Shown here piece after piece: positions 60,744 to 64,000 of a stretch of DNA of 64,000 bases. The stretch lies in contig CAVSLC010000003.1 of NCBI GenBank assembly GCA_963728565.1, forward strand, positions 1 through 64,000. The letters are read 5' to 3'. Below the pieces are notes generated by a model. That model searched no databases. It was not told where the DNA came from and was given only the letters and a program-made list of their open reading frames with translations. The stretch is from an uncultured delta proteobacterium (GTDB taxonomy: Bacteria; Desulfobacterota; Binatia; UBA9968). How positions within the stretch are numbered: position 1 is the first letter of the stretch; every line of letters begins with the position of its first letter. The translations under genes were made by a program, and so were the position numbers.

Positions 60744-61220
60744 ATGGATGCGCTCGAACTCTTAAAACAGGATCACGCGAAAGTTAAAGAGCTGCTGGAG
60801 AAGGCGGAAAGCGTGGAGCAAGCCAAAGAACGCACCGCCATCTTCGAAAAAATCAAAACTGAATTAGAAACTCATGCGCGGATCGAAGAAAATGTTTTCT
60901 ATCCCGCGGTGCAGAAAAACGAAGAACTCAAAGACATGGTTCTCGAGTCCATCGAAGAGCATAAACAAGTTAAGACTCTGCTGCGAGAAATGGATAACCT
61001 GTCTAAGGATAGCGAGAAATTCGAACCGAAGCTCAAAGTACTCAAAGAAAACGTCGAGCATCATGCGGAGGAAGAGGAGGAAGGAAAGATGTTTCCGAAG
61101 GTACGCAAGCTTTTTAGCGCAACCGAGCTGCAGGAACTCGGAGCGGAACTGGAAGCGGCAAAAGGAAACCGGGAGCGTAAGGCAGGTTTAAGTATTCCGA
61201 AACGACCTGTGCGACAGTAA
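60744..61220 (+). CDS. Hemerythrin/HHE cation-binding domain protein
   Basis: MDALELLKQDH, HARIEENVFYP, EEH, HHAEEEE..MFP; GGAGG RBS; weak sigma54-like TGGC-N7-TTGC at 60701. Confidence 0.88.
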   Translation: MDALELLKQDHAKVKELLEKAESVEQAKERTAIFEKIKTELETHARIEENVFYPAVQKNEELKDMVLESIEEHKQVKTLLREMDNLSKDSEKFEPKLKVLKENVEHHAEEEEEGKMFPKVRKLFSATELQELGAELEAAKGNRERKAGLSIPKRPVRQ

Positions 61221-61232
61221 ACGGAGGCATGC

Positions 61233-61625
61233 ATGGAAACGTATGATGTAGCGACCCAAACCAATGGTTTACCGAATAACATAGATGAAGATCGACTCAC
61301 AAAGAATATCGAATCGTATACGGCGGCCATACCCTCCTCAGCCTACCTGGGCGTGGCAGTTGGGGCCATGGCGCTTTCCTTGTTCTGTCAAATCACCGGG
61401 CGTGGAAAGTGGGGTAATTTCATAGCGCAGTGGGTGCCCACCTGGTTGATCATCGGCGTCTATAACAAATTGGTCAAACTGGAAGGCCACGACCGGTACG
61501 ATCGCGGCATCATGAATGAACCAGTGGGTGATTACAGTTGCGAGTTCTGCGACAGTAAATTTAGTCTGCACTCGGATCTCGAAAACCACAGAAAGCATTG
61601 TAGTGTGCGCAGTCCAGTGACTTAA
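61233..61625 (+). CDS. Small membrane protein with C-terminal C2H2/C2HC-like zinc finger
   Basis: TAAIPSSAYL..NFIAQWVPTWLIIGVYNKLVK followed by YSCEFCDSKFSLHSDLENHRKHC. Confidence 0.75.
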   Translation: METYDVATQTNGLPNNIDEDRLTKNIESYTAAIPSSAYLGVAVGAMALSLFCQITGRGKWGNFIAQWVPTWLIIGVYNKLVKLEGHDRYDRGIMNEPVGDYSCEFCDSKFSLHSDLENHRKHCSVRSPVT

Positions 61626-61717
61626 TAGCCAGGCGGGGCAGTCGGCAGAAATCGTTGAGTAACCGATTGCTTCGCGCTGCTGCAATTCGTAAGTTCGAAT
61701 TAACACTCCGAACCTCG

Positions 61718-62314
61718 TCACTCCTGAGTCACTTCAGCTTTAGCAATCAGCCAGCGACCATCTCGCTTGGTTCCGTGAAATTCATAGCTGCCCGTTGAAC
61801 TCGTGCTAAACCCCAGCACCTTTATGCCCTCCAATTGGTAGTTGCCTTTGACGACCGCATTATCGCCGTCGGTGGAAATCCCCTCGATACTATTCATTAG
61901 TTTTGTCTCTTTGAGCATCCCGTCGTGGTGTTTGGCTATCGTGTTCTTGATTTCCTGACGAGATTTGATTTCCGAGCCGGTAGGCAGACGCAACACACCG
62001 TCTGGCAAAAACAGTTGCGCTATCTTATCGGCATCGCCGTGATTCCAAGCCTGTACCAGTTGTTTGACAGTAGACTCAGGAGTTTCATCCTTTCCGGCCG
62101 CGGGTTCCCAAACTTGCGGCGCCACATCCTTGCCTTGGTCCCCCGCCTCAATAGGTTCGTCCGCCGATCGCGGGGGAGCCGTAGTCTTCGCTTCTTCGAT
62201 TGCCGTTGGGTTGCGGGTTTGCTTTTTAACGACAAAGGCGAAAGCTAATAAGAAAACAGCCGCCAGCGCAAATGCCGCCCATGCCTTGTGAGAGACTTTT
62301 ACTTCCGTAACCAT
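61718..62314 (-). CDS. Membrane-anchored NTF2-like (SgcJ/DUF4440) protein
   Basis: N-terminal TM; LVQAWNHGDADKIAQLF.PDG..KRDGRWLI. Confidence 0.7.
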   Translation of the reverse strand: MVTEVKVSHKAWAAFALAAVFLLAFAFVVKKQTRNPTAIEEAKTTAPPRSADEPIEAGDQGKDVAPQVWEPAAGKDETPESTVKQLVQAWNHGDADKIAQLFLPDGVLRLPTGSEIKSRQEIKNTIAKHHDGMLKETKLMNSIEGISTDGDNAVVKGNYQLEGIKVLGFSTSSTGSYEFHGTKRDGRWLIAKAEVTQE

Positions 62315-62646
62315 CCGGAATCGCGAACGCAAATGCAGTGCCTGAAGATTCCCGGGGAAACACAATAACCTCGCGTTTACTGTGTTTCAGTTAAAAGACA
62401 TCAGCGCTTTCGGTTCGGCTGCAGCTGAACCATTTAGGAATCTAATGAATTCGCTTTCATGGGTGCCTTGATTTGCGAGTCCGTCAGACTCTGCTTGGGT
62501 GGCGAGCAGCCGTTCGTGAAAACACGAGCAGGAATAAGCCGGTTACGCTAGGGTTCTTCTAACGGTTCTCGGCGCTTCCATCTCCCGCGAACGGAGATGC
62601 GATCAGATCTGTGTAGTATTGCGACTGCGACTGCTAGTTTAGCCTC

Positions 62647-63102
62647 ATGGAGATACAGTTATTGAAGCTTAGCGTGAGCGACGCGGACCTAAATCAATTG
62701 GCATCTCGAATTTTCGTCCGGCCCGACGCTATCCGTGAGATTGGTTTCGCTGTCACGCCGGAAGGCGTTCGGGTTATGGGAATCTATGAACGGGTTATCG
62801 GGATTCCCTTCCAGATGCTGTGGCAAATATCAATTTTCGAAGGCAAGGTCGGCGCGCGCATTGAGCGAGTGAGAGCAGGATTTATTAGTATAGGCTTCAT
62901 CAAAAAGTATCTTCTGGATCGTATTACTGCTGGAACGAATATCGTAAATCGAAACGGGATGCTCGTATTTGATGTTGATGCCGTTCTTGCCGATAACGGT
63001 TGGCCGGTGCGGCTGAACTTTACCTCGATCCGCTGTACTCTGGGTAATTTGATCCTCGAGAGCCGTGCGCCTGATTGCGTTCAGGAACCTGAAAACCGAT
63101 GA
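62647..63102 (+). CDS. Hypothetical protein
   Basis: 151-aa ORF upstream of yggS on the same strand; no motif recognised. Confidence 0.55.
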   Translation: MEIQLLKLSVSDADLNQLASRIFVRPDAIREIGFAVTPEGVRVMGIYERVIGIPFQMLWQISIFEGKVGARIERVRAGFISIGFIKKYLLDRITAGTNIVNRNGMLVFDVDAVLADNGWPVRLNFTSIRCTLGNLILESRAPDCVQEPENR

Positions 63103-63239
63103 TGGCTGCAGATGTAATATCTGGCACTCGATGGGAATCAGAAGGTGGTGGCAAACTCGCCTTTGATGGCTTCTTTTCAATTTCACTTGTGCTGGCCGGA
63201 GTGATTTACAAAGGTGGATGTGATAAGCATTTTCAACTT

Positions 63240-63932
63240 ATGGCAGATGTGGCGGCGAACTATCGAGAGATCGCTGAACAGATCAGGCGGGCCGCAGTTT
63301 CGAAGGGACGAGACCCGCGCGATGTTAAAATACTGGCAGCCGCCAAAGCACAAGATATCAAAGCAATCGATGCTGCCATTATGGCTGGTGTCTTGCTCAT
63401 CGGTGAAAATTACGTTCAGGAGGCGAGCCTCAAAAGAAAGAGCCTTCCCGATAACGTCGAATGGCACATGATTGGTCACCTGCAACGCAACAAGGCAAAA
63501 GCGGCAGTGGAAATCTTCGATGTCATTGAGTCTCTCGATAACGCTGAATTGGCGCGCGAGCTGGATAAGGAAGGCCGAAAAAAAAATGTCCGAGTGCGGG
63601 CGCTCATTGAGATTAATATAGGCGGTGAAGAAACCAAGTCCGGGATTGCCAAGGCCAAAGTCGAGGAGCTTTTACGCACTGTCGGCGAGCTCGACCATCT
63701 CAGCATCGAAGGGCTGATGACTGTTCCGCCTTTTCGCGAAAACTCTGAAGAAACTCGGCGTTACTTTCGTGACCTGCGCCAATTGCGCGATGAGCTGCAC
63801 AGCTTGAAATTGCCGAATGTCAACCTTAGGGAGCTGTCGATGGGCATGACGCACGATTATCTGATTGCTGTTGAAGAAGGAGCAACCATTGTGCGAATTG
63901 GCACAGCCCTGTTTGGTCCGCGGAGAACGTAG
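63240..63932 (+). CDS. yggS: PLP homeostasis protein
   Basis: GENYVQE, WHMIGHLQRNK, EETKSG, GLMTVPP, LSMGMTHDY..EEGATIVRIGTALFG. Confidence 0.95.
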   Translation: MADVAANYREIAEQIRRAAVSKGRDPRDVKILAAAKAQDIKAIDAAIMAGVLLIGENYVQEASLKRKSLPDNVEWHMIGHLQRNKAKAAVEIFDVIESLDNAELARELDKEGRKKNVRVRALIEINIGGEETKSGIAKAKVEELLRTVGELDHLSIEGLMTVPPFRENSEETRRYFRDLRQLRDELHSLKLPNVNLRELSMGMTHDYLIAVEEGATIVRIGTALFGPRRT

Positions 63933-63937
63933 CCGGA

Positions 63938-64000
63938 ATGTTTATTCTCGCGAATTTTATCATCGCTACGGCCCAGGTTCTGGACTTCTTGCTCTGGGCT
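63938..64000 (+). CDS. yggT: YggT family membrane protein (start only, truncated by the window edge)
   Basis: MFILANFIIATAQVLDFLLWA immediately after yggS; matches the usual synteny. Confidence 0.7.
   Translation, partial: MFILANFIIATAQVLDFLLWA

Overview
Chromosomal window from a diderm bacterium. The gene set (TctC/Bug binding proteins, sigma54 promoters, deltaproteobacterial-type dksA/holB/tatD/yggS-yggT) resembles Candidatus Binatia or related 'Deltaproteobacteria'; this is an inference. In order it holds: partial alr, a stand-alone tRNA-binding protein, rubrerythrin-DUF3501, dksA, galU, tRNA-Ala(CGC), a gentisate-dioxygenase/GST module, a ~16 kb surface-glycan cluster (three GT-C membrane glycosyltransferases, GT2/GT4s, wzm/wzt, methyltransferases), pilD plus minor pilins, tmk-holB-metG-tatD, and bfr. 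Next comes a ~16 kb iron-uptake island (PepSY-flavodoxin, PiuC, TonB-dependent receptor, HemP, TonB/ExbBD, cytochrome c-FTR1, FbpABC, DtxR-family repressor), then sigma54-driven glnK-amtB and a porin, two TctC-family proteins, and yggS-yggT. Two signals are missed by the ORF track. (1) ORFs 60057..60524 and 59736..59990 are one PrdB/GrdB-like selenoprotein gene, with an in-frame UGA in a U-x-x-C motif followed by a SECIS-like hairpin, and no Prd/Grd partner genes nearby. (2) Arrays of a palindromic operator with 23-bp periodicity overlap two near-identical promoters in the iron island, suggesting DtxR-type rather than Fur control of TonB-dependent uptake. Several genes, mostly in the iron island, are frameshifted or decayed (real erosion or consensus errors). 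I saw no CRISPR array, rRNA or transposase. All family assignments are from motif recognition, not database searches.
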